The position numbers were made by a program, and so were the translations under genes. The notes under the pieces are model-generated. The model was not told the origin of the DNA. It made no database searches and saw only the letters and a program-made list of their open reading frames with translations. Shown piece by piece: positions 1 to 15,353 of a stretch of DNA of 64,000 nt. The first letter of the stretch is position 1; each line of letters begins with the position of its first letter. The DNA is from Eledone cirrhosa (lineage: Eukaryota). The stretch is taken from contig OZ024740.1 in NCBI GenBank assembly GCA_964016885.1, positions 37,696,001 through 37,760,000 of the forward strand. The letters run 5' to 3'.

Positions 1-3000
1 GACAGAATATATAGAACACAGTGACCCCTGTTTAAGGTAGACATAAGACAGAATATATAGAACACAGAGACCCCTGTCAAAGGTAGACATGTGACAGAAT
101 ATATAGAACGCAGTGACCCCTGTTAAAGGTAGACATGTGACAGAATATATAGAACACAGTGACCCCTGTTAAAGGTAGACATAGGACAGAATATATAGAA
201 CACAGTGACCCCTGTTTAAGGTAGACATAAGACAGAATATATAGAACACAGAGACCCCTGTTAAAGGTAGACATGTGACAGAATATATAGAACACAGAGA
301 CCCCTGTTAAAGATAGACATGTGACAGAATATATAGAACACAGTGACCCCTGTTTAAGGTAGACATGTGACAGAATATATAGAACACAGAGACCCCTGTT
401 AAATGTAGACATGTGACAGAATATATAGAACGCAGTGACCCCTGTTAAAGGTAGACATAGGACAGAATATATAGAACACAGTGACCCCTGTTTAAGTTAG
501 AGATAGGACAGAATATATAGAACACAGTGACCCCTGTTTAAGCTAGACATGTGACAGAATATATAGAACACAGTGACCCCTGTAAAAGGTAGACATGTGA
601 CAGAATATATAGAACACAGTGACCCCTGTAAAAGGTAGACATGTGACAGAATATATAGAACACAGAGACCCCTGTTAAAGGTAGACATGTGACAGAATAT
701 ATAGAACACAGTGACCCCTTTTAAAGATAGACATGTGACAGAATATATAGAACACAGTGACCCCTGTTAAAGGTAGACATGTGACAGAATATATAGAACA
801 CAGTGACCCCTGTTTAAGGTAGACATGTGACAGAATATATAGAACACAGAGACCCCTGTTTAAGGTAGACATAAGACAGAATATATAGAACACAGTGACC
901 CCTGTTAAAGGTAGACATGTGACAGAATATATAGAACACAGAGACCCCTTTTAAAGATAGACATGTGACAGAAAATATAGAACACAGTGACCCCTGTTAA
1001 AGGTAGACATGTGACAGAATATATAGAACACAGTGACCCCTGTTTAAGGTAGACATGTGACAGAATATATAGAACACAGTGACCCCTGTTAAAGGTAGAC
1101 ATGAGACAGAATATATAGAACACAGTGACCCCTGTTTAAGGTAGACAGGTGACAGAATATATAGAACACAGTGATCCCTGTTAAATATAGACATGAGACA
1201 GAATATATAGAACACAGTGACCCCTGTTTAAGGTAGACATGTCACAGAATATATAGAATACAGTGACCCCTGTTAAAGGTAGACATTTGACAGAATATAT
1301 GGTACAGAGTGACCCCTGTTAAAGGTAGACATGTGACAGAATATATAGAACACAGTGACCCCTGTTTAAGGTAGACATAGGACAGAATATATAGAACACA
1401 GTGACCCCTGTTTAAGGTAGACATAGGACAGAATATATAGAACACAATGACCCCTGTTTAAGGTAGACATAGGACAGAATATATAGAACACAGTGACTCC
1501 TGTTAAAGGTAGACATAGGACAGATTATATATAACACAGTGACCCCTGTTTAAGGTAGACATGTGACAGAATATATAGAACACAGTGACCCCTGTTTAAG
1601 GTAGACATGTGACAGAATATATAGAACACAGTGACCCCTGTTTAAGGTAGACATAGGACAGAATATATAGAACACAGTGACTCCTGTTAAAGGTAGACAT
1701 AGGACAGATTATATAGAACACAGTGACCCCTGTTTAAGGTAGACATGTGACAGAATATATAGAACACAGTGACCCCTGTTTAAGGTAGACATGTGACAGA
1801 ATATATAGAACTCAGAGACCCCTGTTAAAGGAAGACATGTGACAGAATATATAGAACACAGTGACCCCTGTTAAATGTAGGCATGTGACAGAATATTTAG
1901 AACACAGTGACCCCTGTTAAAGGTAGACATAGGACAGAATACATAGAACACAGTGAACCCTGCTAAATGTAAACATGTGACAGAATATATAGAACACAGT
2001 GACCCCTGTTAAAGGTAGACATGTGACAGAATATATAGAACACAGTGACCCCTGTTAAAGGTAGACATGTGACAGAATATATAGAACACAGAGACCCCTG
2101 TTAGAGGTAGACATGTTACAGAATATATAGAACACAGTGACCCCTGTTAAAGGTAGACATGTGACAGAATATATAGAACACAGTGACCCCTGTTTAAGGT
2201 AGACATGTGACAGAATATATAGAACACAGTGACCCCTGTTAAAGGTAGACATGTGACAGAATATATAGAACACAGAGTCCCCTGTTAAAGGTAGACATGT
2301 GACAGAATATATAGAACACAGTGACCCCTTTTAAAGATAGACATGTGACAGAAAATATAGAACACAGTGACCCCTGTTTAAGGTAGACATGTGACAGAAT
2401 ATATAGAACACAGTGACCCCTGTTAAAGGTAGACATGAGACAGAATATATAGAACACAGAGTCCCCTGTTAAAGGTAGACATGTGACAGAATATATAGAA
2501 CACAGTGACCCCTTTTAAAGATAGACATGTGACAGAAAATATAGAACACAGTGACCCCTGTTTAAGGTAGACATGTGACAGAATATATAGAACACAGTGA
2601 CCCCTGTTAAAGGTAGACATGAGACAGAATATATAGAACACAGTGACCCCTGTTTAAGGTAGACATGTGACAGAATATATAGAACACAGTGACCCCTGTT
2701 TAAGGTAGACATGTGACAGAATATATAGAACACAGTGACCCCTGTTTAAGGTAGACATCGGACAGAATATATAGAACACTGTGAACCCTGTTTAAGGTAG
2801 ACATGTGACAGAATATATAGAATACAGTGACCCCTGTTAAAGCTAGACATGTGACAGAATATATAGAACACAGTAACCCCTGTTAAAGGTAGACATGTGA
2901 CAGAAAATATAGAACACAGTGACCCCTGTTTAAGGTAGCCATGTGACAGAATATATAGAACACAGTGACCCCTGTTAAAGGTAGACATGAGACAGAATAT

Positions 3001-6000
3001 ATAGAACACAGTGACCCCTGTTTAAGCTAGACACATGACAGAATATATAGAACACAGTGAAGCCTGTTTAAGGTAGACATGTGACAGAATATATAGAATA
3101 CAGTGACCCCTGTTAAAGGTAGACATGTGACAGAATATATAGTACAGAGTGACCCCTGTTAAAGGTAGACATGTGACAGAATATATAGAACGCAGTGACC
3201 CCTGTTAAAGGTAGACATAGGACAGAATATATAGAACACAGTGACCCCTGTTTAAGTTAGAGATAGGACAGAATATATAGAACACAGTGACCCCTGTTAA
3301 AGGTAGACATGTGAAAGAATATATAGAACACAGTGACCCCTGTTAAAGGTAGACATAGGACAGAATACATAGAACACAGTGACCCCTGCTAAATGTAAAC
3401 ATGTGACAGAATATATAGAACACAATGACCCCTGTTAAAGGTAGACATGTGACAGAATATATAGAACTCAGAGACCCCTGTTAAAGGTAGACATGTGACA
3501 GAATATATAGAACACAGTGACCCCTGTTAAAGGTAGACATAGGACAGAATATATAGAACACAGTGACCCCTGTTTAAGGTAGACATAAGACAGAATATAT
3601 AGAACACAGAGACCCCTGTTAAAGGTAGACATGTGACAGAATATATAGAACGCAGTGACCCCTGTTAAAGGTAGACATAGGACAGAATATATAGAACACA
3701 GTGACCCCTGTTTAAGTTAGAGATAGGACAGAATATATAGAACACAGTGACCCCTGTTAAAGGTAGACATGTGAAAGAATATATAGAACACAGTGACCCC
3801 TGTTAAAGGTAGACATAGGACAGAATATATAGAACACAGTGACCCCTGTTTAAGTTAGAGATACGACAGAATATATAGAACACAGTGACCCCTGTTAAAG
3901 GTAGACATGTGAAAGAATATATAGAACACAGTGACCCCTGTTAAAGGTAGACATGAGACAGAATATATAGAACACAGTGACCCCTGTTTAAGGTAGACAG
4001 GTGACAGAATATATAGAACACTGTGAACCCTGTTTAAGGTAGACATGTGACAGAATATATAGAATACAGTGACCCCTGTTAAAGGTAGACATGTGACAGA
4101 ATATATGATACAGAGTGACCCCTGTTAAAGGTAGACATAGGACAGAATATATAGAACACAGTGACCCCTGTTTAAGGTAGACGTAGGACAGAATATATAG
4201 AACACTGTGAACCCTGTTTAAGGTAGACATGTGACAGAATATAAAGAATACAGTGACCCCTGTTAAAGGTAGACATGTGACAGAATATATGGTACAGAGT
4301 GACCCCTGTTAAAGGTAGACATGTGACAGAATATATAGAACACAGTGACCCCTGTTTAAGGTAGACATAGGACAGAATTTATAGAACACAGTGACCCCTG
4401 TTTAAGGTAGACATAGGACAGAATATATAGAACACAGTGACTCCTGTTAAAGGTAGACATGTGACAGAATATATAGAACACAGTGACCCCTGTTAAAGGT
4501 AGACATAGGACAGATTATATAGAACACAGTGACCCCTGTTAAAGGTAGACATGTGACAGAATATATAGAACACAGTGACCCCTGTTAAAGGTAGACATGT
4601 GACAGAATATATAGAACACAGTGACCCCTGTTTAAGTTAGAGATACGACAGAATATATAGAACACAGTGACCCCTGTTAAAGGTAGACATGTGAAAGAAT
4701 ATATAGAACACAGTGACCCCTGTTAAAGGTAGACATGAGACAGAATATATAGAACACAGTGACCCCTGTTTAAGGTAGACAGGTGACAGAATATATAGAA
4801 CACTGTGAACCCTGTTTAAGGTAGACATGTGACAGAATATATAGAATACAGTGACCCCTGTTAAAGGTAGACATGTGACAGAATATATGATACAGAGTGA
4901 CCCCTGTTAAAGGTAGACATAGGACAGAATATATAGAACACAGTGACCCCTGTTTAAGGTAGACGTAGGACAGAATATATAGAACACTGTGAACCCTGTT
5001 TAAGGTAGACATGTGACAGAATATAAAGAATACAGTGACCCCTGTTAAAGGTAGACATGTGACAGAATATATGGTACAGAGTGACCCCTGTTAAAGGTAG
5101 ACATGTGACAGAATATATAGAACACAGTGACCCCTGTTTAAGGTAGACATAGGACAGAATTTATAGAACACAGTGACCCCTGTTTAAGGTAGACATAGGA
5201 CAGAATATATAGAACACAGTGACTCCTGTTAAAGGTAGACATGTGACAGAATATATAGAACACAGTGACCCCTGTTAAAGGTAGACATAGGACAGATTAT
5301 ATAGAACACAGTGACCCCTGTTAAAGGTAGACATGTGACAGAATACATAGAACACAGTGACCCCTGTTAAAGGTAGACATGTGACAGAATATATAGAACA
5401 CAGTGACCCCTGTTAAATGTAGCCATGTGACAGAATATATAGAACACAGTGACCCCTGTTAAAAGTAGACATAGGACAGAATATATAGAACACAGTGACC
5501 CCTGTTAAAGGTAGACATGTGACAGAATATATAGAACACAGTGACCCCTGTTTAAGGTAGACATGTGACAGAATATATAGAACACAGTGACCCCTGTTAA
5601 AGGTAGACATGAGACAGAATATATAGAACACAGTGACCCCTGTTTAAGGTAGACAGGTGACAGAATATATAGAATACAGTGATCCCTGTTAAATATAGAC
5701 ATGAGACAGAATATATAGAACACAGTGACCCCTGTTTAAGGTAGACATGTGACAGAATATATAGAATACAGTGACCCCTGTTAAAGGTAGACATTTGACA
5801 GAATATATGGTACAGAGTGACCCCTGTTAAAGGTAGACATGTGACAGAATATATAGAACACAGTGACCCCTGTTTAAGGTAGACATAGGACAGAATATAT
5901 AGAACACAGTGACCCCTGTTTAAGGTAGACATAGGACAGAATATATAGAACACAATGACCCCTGTTTAAGGTAGACATAGGACAGAATATATAGAACACA

Positions 6001-9000
6001 GTGACTCCTGTTAAAGGTAGACATAGGACAGATTATATATAACACAGTGACCCCTGTTTAAGGTAGACATGTGACAGAATATATAGAACACAGTGACCCC
6101 TGTTTAAGGTAGACATGTGACAGAATATATAGAACACAGTGACCCCTGTTTAAGGTAGACATAGGACAGAATATATAGAACACAGTGACTCCTGTTAAAG
6201 GTAGACATAGGACAGATTATATAGAACACAGTGACCCCTGTTTAAGGTAGACATGTGACAGAATATATAGAACACAGTGACCCCTGTTTAAGGTAGACAT
6301 GTGACAGAATATATAGAACTCAGAGACCCCTGTTAAAGGAAGACATGTGACAGAATATATAGAACACAGTGACCCCTGTTAAAGGTAGACATGTGACAGA
6401 ATATATAGAACACAGTGACCCCTGTTAAATGTAGACATGTGACAGAATATTTAGAACACAGTGACCCCTGTTAAAGGTAGACATAGGACAGAATACATAG
6501 AACACAGTGAACCCTGCTAAATGTAAACATGTGACAGAATATATAGAACACAGTGACCCCTGTTAAAGGTAGACATGTGACAGAATATATAGAACACAGT
6601 GACCCCTGTTAAAGGTAGACATGTGACAGAATATATAGAACACAGAGACCCCTGTTAGAGGTAGACATGTTACAGAATATATAGAACACAGTGACCCCTG
6701 TTAAAGGTAGACATGTGACAGAATATATAGAACACAGTGACCCCTGTTTAAGGTAGACATGTGACAGAATATATAGAACACAGTGACCCCTTTTAAAGAT
6801 AGACATGTGACAGAAAATATAGAACACAGTGACCCCTGTTTAAGGTAGACATGTGACAGAATATATAGAACACAGTGACCCCTGTTAAAGGTAGACATGA
6901 GACAGAATATATAGAACACAGTGACCCCTGTTTAAGGTAGACATGTGACAGAATATATAGAACACAGTGACCCCTGTTTAAGGTAGACATGTGACAGAAT
7001 ATATAGAACACAGTGACCCCTGTTTAAGGTAGACATCGGACAGAATATATAGAACACTGTGAACCCTGTTTAAGGTAGACATGTGACAGAATATATAGAA
7101 TACAGTGACCCCTGTTAAAGCTAGACATGTGACAGAATATATAGAACACAGTGACCCCTGTTAAAGGTAGACATGTGACAGAAAATATAGAACACAGTGA
7201 CCCCTGTTTAAGGTAGCCATGTGACAGAATATATAGAACACAGTGACCCCTGTTAAAGGTAGACATGAGACAGAATATATAGAACACAGTGACCCCTGTT
7301 TAAGCTAGACATATGACAGAATATATAGAACACAGTGAAGCCTGTTTAAGGTAGACATGTGACAGAATATATAGAATACAGTGACCCCTGTTAAAGGTAG
7401 ACATGTGACAGAATATATAGAACGCAGTGACCCCTGTTAAAGGTAGACATAGGACAGAATATATAGAACACAGTGACCCCTGTTTAAGTTAGAGATAGGA
7501 CAGAATATATAGAACACAGTGACCCCTGTTAAAGGTAGACATGTGAAAGAATATATAGAACACAGTGACCCCTGTTAAAGGTAGACATAGGACAGAATAC
7601 ATAGAACACAGTGACCCCTGCTAAATGTAAACATGTGACAGAATATATAGAACACAATGACCCCTGTTAAAGGTAGACATGTGACAGAATATATAGAACT
7701 CAGAGACCCCTGTTAAAGGTAGACATGTGACAGAATATATAGAACACAGTGACCCCTGTTAAAGGTAGACATAGGACAGAATATATAGAACACAGTGACC
7801 CCTGTTTAAGGTAGACATAAGACAGAATATATAGAACACAGAGACCCCTGTTAAAGGTAGACATGTGACAGAATATATAGAACGCAGTGACCCCTGTTAA
7901 AGGTAGACATAGGACAGAATATATAGAACACAGTGACCCCTGTTTAAGTTAGAGATACGACAGAATATATAGAACACAGTGACCCCTGTTAAAGGTAGAC
8001 ATGTGAAAGAATATATAGAACACAGTGACCCCTGTTAAAGGTAGACATGAGACAGAATATATAGAACACAGTGACCCCTGTTTAAGGTAGACAGGTGACA
8101 GAATATATAGAACACTGTGAACCCTGTTTAAGGTAGACATGTGACAGAATATATAGAATACAGTGACCCCTGTTAAAGGTAGACATGTGACAGAATATAT
8201 GATACAGAGTGACCCCTGTTAAAGGTAGACATAGGACAGAATATATAGAACACAGTGACCCCTGTTTAAGGTAGACGTAGGACAGAATATATAGAACACT
8301 GTGAACCCTGTTTAAGGTAGACATGTGACAGAATATAAAGAATACAGTGACCCCTGTTAAAGGTAGACATGTGACAGAATATATGGTACAGAGTGACCCC
8401 TGTTAAAGGTAGACATGTGACAGAATATATAGAACACAGTGACCCCTGTTTAAGGTAGACATAGGACAGAATTTATAGAACACAGTGACCCCTGTTTAAG
8501 GTAGACATAGGACAGAATATATAGAACACAGTGACTCCTGTTAAAGGTAGACATGTGACAGAATATATAGAACACAGTGACCCCTGTTAAAGGTAGACAT
8601 AGGACAGATTATATAGAACACAGTGACCCCTGTTAAAGGTAGACATGTGACAGAATATATAGAACACAGTGACCCCTGTTAAAGGTAGACATGTGACAGA
8701 ATATATAGAACACAGTGACCCCTGTTAAAGGTAGACATAGGACAGATTATATAGAACACAGTGACCCCTGTTAAAGGTAGACATGTGACAGAATATATAG
8801 AACACAGTGACCCCTGTTAAAGGTAGACATGTGACAGAATATATAGAACACAGTGACCCCTGTTTAAGGTAGACATGTGACAGAATATATAGAACACAGT
8901 GACCCCTGTTTAAGGTAGACATCGGACAGAATATATAGAACACTGTGAACCCTGTTTAAGGTAGACATGTGACAGAATATATAGAATACAGTGACCCCTG

Positions 9001-12000
9001 TTAAAGCTAGACATGTGACAGAATATATAGAACACAGTGACCCCTGTTAAAGGTAGACATGTGACAGAAAATATAGAACACAGTGACCCCTGTTTAAGGT
9101 AGCCATGTGACAGAATATATAGAACACAGTGACCCCTGTTAAAGGTAGACATGAGACAGAATATATAGAACACAGTGACCCCTGTTTAAGCTAGACATAT
9201 GACAGAATATATAGAACACAGTGAAGCCTGTTTAAGGTAGACATGTGACAGAATATATAGAATACAGTGACCCCTGTTAAAGGTAGACATGTGACAGAAT
9301 ATATAGAACGCAGTGACCCCTGTTAAAGGTAGACATAGGACAGAATATATAGAACACAGTGACCCCTGTTTAAGTTAGAGATAGGACAGAATATATAGAA
9401 CACAGTGACCCCTGTTAAAGGTAGACATGTGAAAGAATATATAGAACACAGTGACCCCTGTTAAAGGTAGACATAGGACAGAATACATAGAACACAGTGA
9501 CCCCTGCTAAATGTAAACATGTGACAGAATATATAGAACACAATGACCCCTGTTAAAGGTAGACATGTGACAGAATATATAGAACTCAGAGACCCCTGTT
9601 AAAGGTAGACATGTGACAGAATATATAGAACACAGTGACCCCTGTTAAAGGTAGACATAGGACAGAATATATAGAACACAGTGACCCCTGTTTAAGGTAG
9701 ACATAAGACAGAATATATAGAACACAGAGACCCCTGTTAAAGGTAGACATGTGACAGAATATATAGAACGCAGTGACCCCTGTTAAAGGTAGACATAGGA
9801 CAGAATATATAGAACACAGTGACCCCTGTTTAAGTTAGAGATACGACAGAATATATAGAACACAGTGACCCCTGTTAAAGGTAGACATGTGAAAGAATAT
9901 ATAGAACACAGTGACCCCTGTTAAAGGTAGACATGAGACAGAATATATAGAACACAGTGACCCCTGTTTAAGGTAGACAGGTGACAGAATATATAGAACA
10001 CTGTGAACCCTGTTTAAGGTAGACATGTGACAGAATATATAGAATACAGTGACCCCTGTTAAAGGTAGACATGTGACAGAATATATGATACAGAGTGACC
10101 CCTGTTAAAGGTAGACATAGGACAGAATATATAGAACACAGTGACCCCTGTTTAAGGTAGACGTAGGACAGAATATATAGAACACTGTGAACCCTGTTTA
10201 AGGTAGACATGTGACAGAATATAAAGAATACAGTGACCCCTGTTAAAGGTAGACATGTGACAGAATATATGGTACAGAGTGACCCCTGTTAAAGGTAGAC
10301 ATGTGACAGAATATATAGAACACAGTGACCCCTGTTTAAGGTAGACATAGGACAGAATTTATAGAACACAGTGACCCCTGTTTAAGGTAGACATAGGACA
10401 GAATATATAGAACACAGTGACTCCTGTTAAAGGTAGACATGTGACAGAATATATAGAACACAGTGACCCCTGTTAAAGGTAGACATAGGACAGATTATAT
10501 AGAACACAGTGACCCCTGTTAAAGGTAGACATGTGACAGAATATATAGAACACAGTGACCCCTGTTAAAGGTAGACATGTGACAGAATATATAGAACACA
10601 GTGACCCCTGTTAAAGGTAGACATAGGACAGATTATATAGAACACAGTGACCCCTGTTAAAGGTAGACATGTGACAGAATATATAGAACACAGTGACCCC
10701 TGTTAAAGGTAGACATGTGACAGAATATATAGAACACAGTGACCCCTGTTTAAGGTAGACATGTGACAGAATATATAGAACACAGTGACCCCTGTTAAAG
10801 GTAGACATGTGACAGAATATATAGAAAACAGAGACCCCTGTTAAAGGTAGACATGTGACAGAATATATAGAACACAGTGACCCCTGTTTAAGCTGGACAT
10901 ATGACAGAATATATAGAACACAGTGACCCCTGTTAAAGGTAGACATCGGACAGAATATATAGAACACTGTGAACCCTGTTTAAGGTAGACATGTGACAGA
11001 ATATATAGAATACAGTGACCCCTGTTAAAGGTAGACATGTGACAGAATATATGGTACAGAGTGACCCCTGTTAAAGGTAGACATGTGACAGAATATATAG
11101 AACACAGTGAACCCTGTTTAAGGTAGACATAGCACAGAATATATAGAACACAGTGACCCCTGTTTAAGGTAGACATAGGACAGAATATATAGAACACAGT
11201 GACCCCTGTTTAAGGTAGACATGTGACAGAATATATAGAACACAGTGACCCCTGTTTAAGGTAGACATGTGACAGAATATATAGAACACAGTGACCCATG
11301 TTAGAGGTAGACACAGGACAAAAGATATAGAACACAGTGACCCCTGTTAAAGGTAGACATGTGACAGAATATATAGAACACAGTGACCCCTGTTAAAGGT
11401 AGACATAGGACAGATTATATAGAACACAGTGACCCCTGTTTAAGGTAGACATGTGACAGAATATATAGAACACAGTGACCCCTGTTAAAGGTAGACATGT
11501 GACAGAATATATAGAACACAGTGACCCCTGTTTAAGGTAGACATGTCACAGAATATATAAAACTCACTGACCCCTGTTAAAGGTAGGCATAGGACAGAAT
11601 ATATAATACACAGTGACCCCTTTTAAAGGTAGACATAGGACAGAATATATAGAACACAGTGACCCCTGTTATAGGTAGACATAGGACAGAATATATAGAA
11701 CACAGTGACCCCTGTTAAAGGTAGACATGTGACAGAATATATAGAACACAGTGACCCCTGTTAAAGGTAGACATGTGACAGAATATATAGAACACAGTGA
11801 CCCCTGTTAAATGTAGACATGTGACAGAATATATAGAACACAGTGACCCCTGTTAAAGGTAGACATGTGACAGAATATATAGAACACAGTGACCCCTGTT
11901 AAATGTAAACATGTGACAGAATATATAGAACACAGTGACCCCTGTTAAAGTTAGACATGTGACAGAATATATAGAACACAGTGACCCCTGTTTAAGGTAG

Positions 12001-13790
12001 ACATGTGACAGAATATATAGAACACAGTGACCCCTGTTTAAGGTAGACATGTGACAGAAAATATAGAACACAGTGACCCCTGTTTAAGGTAGGCATAGGA
12101 CAGAATATATAGAACACAGTGACCCCTGTTAAATGTAGCCATGTGACAGAATATATAGAACACAGTGACCCCTGTTAAATGTAGCCATGTGACAGAATAT
12201 ATAGAACACAGTGACCCCTGTTAAATGTAGCCATGTGACAGAATATATAGAAGACAGTGACCCCTGTTAAAAGTAGACATAGGACAGAATATATAGAACA
12301 CAGTGACCCCTGTTTAAGGTAGACATAGGACAGAATATATAGAACACAGTGACCCCTGTTATAGGTAGACATGTGACAGAATATATAGAACACAGTGACC
12401 CCTGTTAAAGGTAGACATAGGACAGAATATATAGAACAGAGTGACCCCTGTTAAAGGTAGACATGTGACAGAATATATAGAACACAGTGACCCCTGTTTA
12501 AGGTAGACATAAGACAGAATAAATAGAACACAGTGACCCCTGTTTAAGGTAGACATGTGACAGAATAAATAGAACACAGAGACCCCTGTTAAAGGTAGAC
12601 ATAGGACAGAATATATAGAACACAGTGACCCCTGTTTAAGGTAGACATGTGACAGAATAAATAGAACACAGAGACCCCTGTTAAAGGTAGACATGTGACA
12701 GAATATATAGAACCCAGTGACCCCTGTTAAAGGTAGACATAGGACAGAATATATAGAACACAGTGACCCCTATTAAAGGTAGACATGTGACAGAATATAT
12801 AGAACACAGTGACCCCTGTTAAAGGTAGACATCTGACAGAATATATAGAACACAGTGACCCCTGTTAAAGGTAGACATGTGACTGAATATATAGAACACA
12901 GTGACCCCTGTTAAAGGTAGACATGTGACAGAATATATAGAACACAGTGACCCCTGTTAAATGTAGACATGTGACAGAATATATAGAACACAGTGACCCC
13001 TGTTAAAGGTAGACATAGGACAGAATATATAAAACACAGTGACCCCTGTTAAAGGTAGACATGTGACAGAATATATAGAACACAGTGACCCCTGTTAAAG
13101 GTAGGCATAGGACAGAATATATAGAACACAGTGACCCCTGTTAAAGGTAGACATGTGACAGAATATATAGAACACAGTGACCCCTGTTATAGGTAGACAT
13201 AGGACAGAATATATAGAACACAGTGACCCCTGTTAAAGGTAGACATAGGACAGAATATATAGAACACAGTGACCCCTGTTAAAGGTAGACATGTGACAGA
13301 ATATATAGAACACAGTGACCCCTGTTTAAGGTAGGCATAGGACAGAATATATAGAACACAGTGACGCTTGTTTAAGGTAGACATAGGACAGAATATATAG
13401 AACACAGTGACCCCTGTTTAAGGTAGACATGTGACAGAATATATAGAACACAGTGACCCCTGTTAAATGTAGACATAGGACAGAATATATAGAACACAGT
13501 GACCCCTGTTAAAGGTAGACATGTGACAGAATATATAGAACACAGTGACCCCTGTTATAGGTAGACATACGACAGAATATATAGAACACAGTGACCCCTG
13601 TTATAGGTAGACATAGGACAGAATATATAGAACACAGTGACCCCTGTTAAAGGTAGACATAGGACAGAATATATAGAACACAGTGACCCCTGTTAAAGGT
13701 AGACATGTGACAGAATATATAGAACACAGTGACCCCTCTTTAAGGTAGACATGTTACAGAATATATAGAACTCAGTGACCCCTATTAAAG
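1..13790. repeat. 46-bp tandem satellite, ~300 copies, open at the left window edge
   Basis: Consensus GACAGAATATATAGAACACAGTGACCCCTGTTAAAGGTAGACATGT. GACAGAATAT recurs exactly at 1, 1381, 2761, 4141, 5521, 6901, 8281, 9661, 11041 and 12421 (every 30x46 bp). Confidence 0.99.
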
Positions 13791-14169
13791 ACACTTGATT
13801 ATATCTACTGTATGTTTGCCTGTAAATGTGTATGCCACTGAAAGTCTCCAAAATTGCATTCTAGAAAAAAACAGATTTTCCAAATCTGCATCTCAAGAAT
13901 GTTTTGGGCCACATTGACTTTCTTAATTCTGAAAACAATAAAAGATAAACAATCACATAAACATAAGCTTATGTTGTTTCTATCACCAAAAATATCCATT
14001 AATGCGCAGCATGAAAAGGTGACAAAACTCCTCAGAAGATTAGTGAATGAAACTTACTGACATGAAAATGTTTCTTCTTTTGTCGACAAACTCATTTCTA
14101 CTGTCCAGCTTTCTATTTCAGATTGTTAAACATAATGAAGACATAACAACTCGTCCTTTATATTATTAT

Positions 14170-14491
14170 TATTACATATATATATATATATAATGTATAT
14201 ACATACCTTTATGTGTGTACGTATATATAAATATATATATATGATATATATATATTATACACATATTTATGTATATATATATATATATATAAATAAGACG
14301 CAGTCGAGGAAGACCACAAAAAACATGGGCAGAGGTGGTGAGAGCAGATCTCACAGGAGAGATGACAAGGGCCCGTGACGAATGGAGAGATGACGTGCTT
14401 AATAAGACCCATCCCACCCTTGCAAGCAAGGAAAAGCGGACGTAAAATGATGATGATGATATATAGATATATATACACACACATATTTATG

Positions 14492-14522
<31 letters not shown>

Positions 14523-14573
14523 TTATGTATATATATATATATATATATACACATATTTATGTATATATATTTA
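14170..14573. repeat. (TA)n-rich microsatellite region
   Basis: Several (TA)n runs and repeated ACACATATTTATG(TA)n blocks. Confidence 0.9.
14295..14460 (+). mobile_element. 3' tip of an RTE-type LINE
   Basis: Translates to RGRPQKTWAEVVRADL (RTE C-terminal motif), then CCCTTGCAAGC..GGACGTAAA and a (GAT)n tail like the other copies here. Confidence 0.75.
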
Positions 14574-14720
14574 TATTATCTTTAGACAACAGAACGTGTG
14601 TATAAGATACAGGCGTCCTGTCGAATATATGACAGTATTTAATTAACTCAATGCTTGAAAGCAGAGCCGTTATATGCAACAAAATTAAAGAGTGCTTACA
14701 TCATCAATTTATCTTTATTT

Positions 14721-14765
14721 GCTGACAGTGTTTCGTCCTTGCATAATTGCAGGACTCATCAGAGC
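14721..14765 (-). ncRNA. Minimal type I hammerhead ribozyme, intact core
   Basis: Minus strand reads GCU-CUGAUGA-GUCCUGCA-AUUA-UGCAAGGAC-GAAAC-ACU-GUC-AGC: both core boxes, stem II, a very short stem III, a GUC cleavage triplet and stem I GCU/AGC. Confidence 0.88.
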
Positions 14766-15308
14766 GTTATAAAGAGGAATTAGATCAATAGTATAAACTC
14801 TACCGACCTATATCACAAGAACGATCCATATGTAGCACAGAGGACTAAGAAGAGTGGGGGGCTTGGACGACGCGTCACCGCTAGAAGCCGATACATATAG
14901 GACCAAAATCAGTTACAATAATTAAAGATAAGGAAAAATAAGGAAAAATAAGGAAAAATAATTAAAGATAAGGAAAAATAAAAGATAAGGAAATTAAAGA
15001 TAAGAGATAAAACGTAAAGGGTAGAGTCTAGAAGTAAGGATAAAATAAAGATAACAATAAAGTGATGATAATATAAGGAAATATAAAAAAATAATAACAA
15101 ATAATAAAAATAAAAATAAACATTAGAATAAAAATGAAACATAAAAGATAACACATTATATAAGCAATGCAAATAAATGCAAGTAAATATGGTTGTAGAC
15201 AGTAGAGGATTTCAGAGGTGACAGTTTAGTATCAACCAAAGTGAATGGATCGTTCTTGTGATATAGGTCGGTAGAGTTTATACTATTGATCTAATTCCTC
15301 TTTATAAC

Positions 15309-15353
15309 ACTCTGATGAGTCCTTCAATTATGCAAGGACGCAACACTGTCAGC
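15309..15353 (+). ncRNA. Hammerhead ribozyme copy with mutated core
   Basis: ACU-CUGAUGA-GUCCUUCA-AUUA-UGCAAGGAC-GCAAC-ACU-GUC-AGC; GAAA is changed to GCAA and stem I has a mismatch. Confidence 0.75.

Noticed and set aside
77-13405. Dozens of 60-118-aa minus-strand ORFs (MFYIFCHMSTFNRGHC...)
   Set aside because: They are translations of the 46-bp satellite cycling through frames, with frequent stops.
1-13790. CRISPR-like appearance of the regular repeats
   Set aside because: There are no unique spacers and no cas genes, and the context is eukaryotic.
13805-14150. Possible two small minus-strand exons (donor GTAAGT at ~14057, acceptor TTTTCAG at ~13929) giving MSLSTKEETFSCQIKKVNVAQ...
   Set aside because: Splice signals are plausible but the peptide is unrecognised and short, and upstream frames are closed; it needs RNA evidence.
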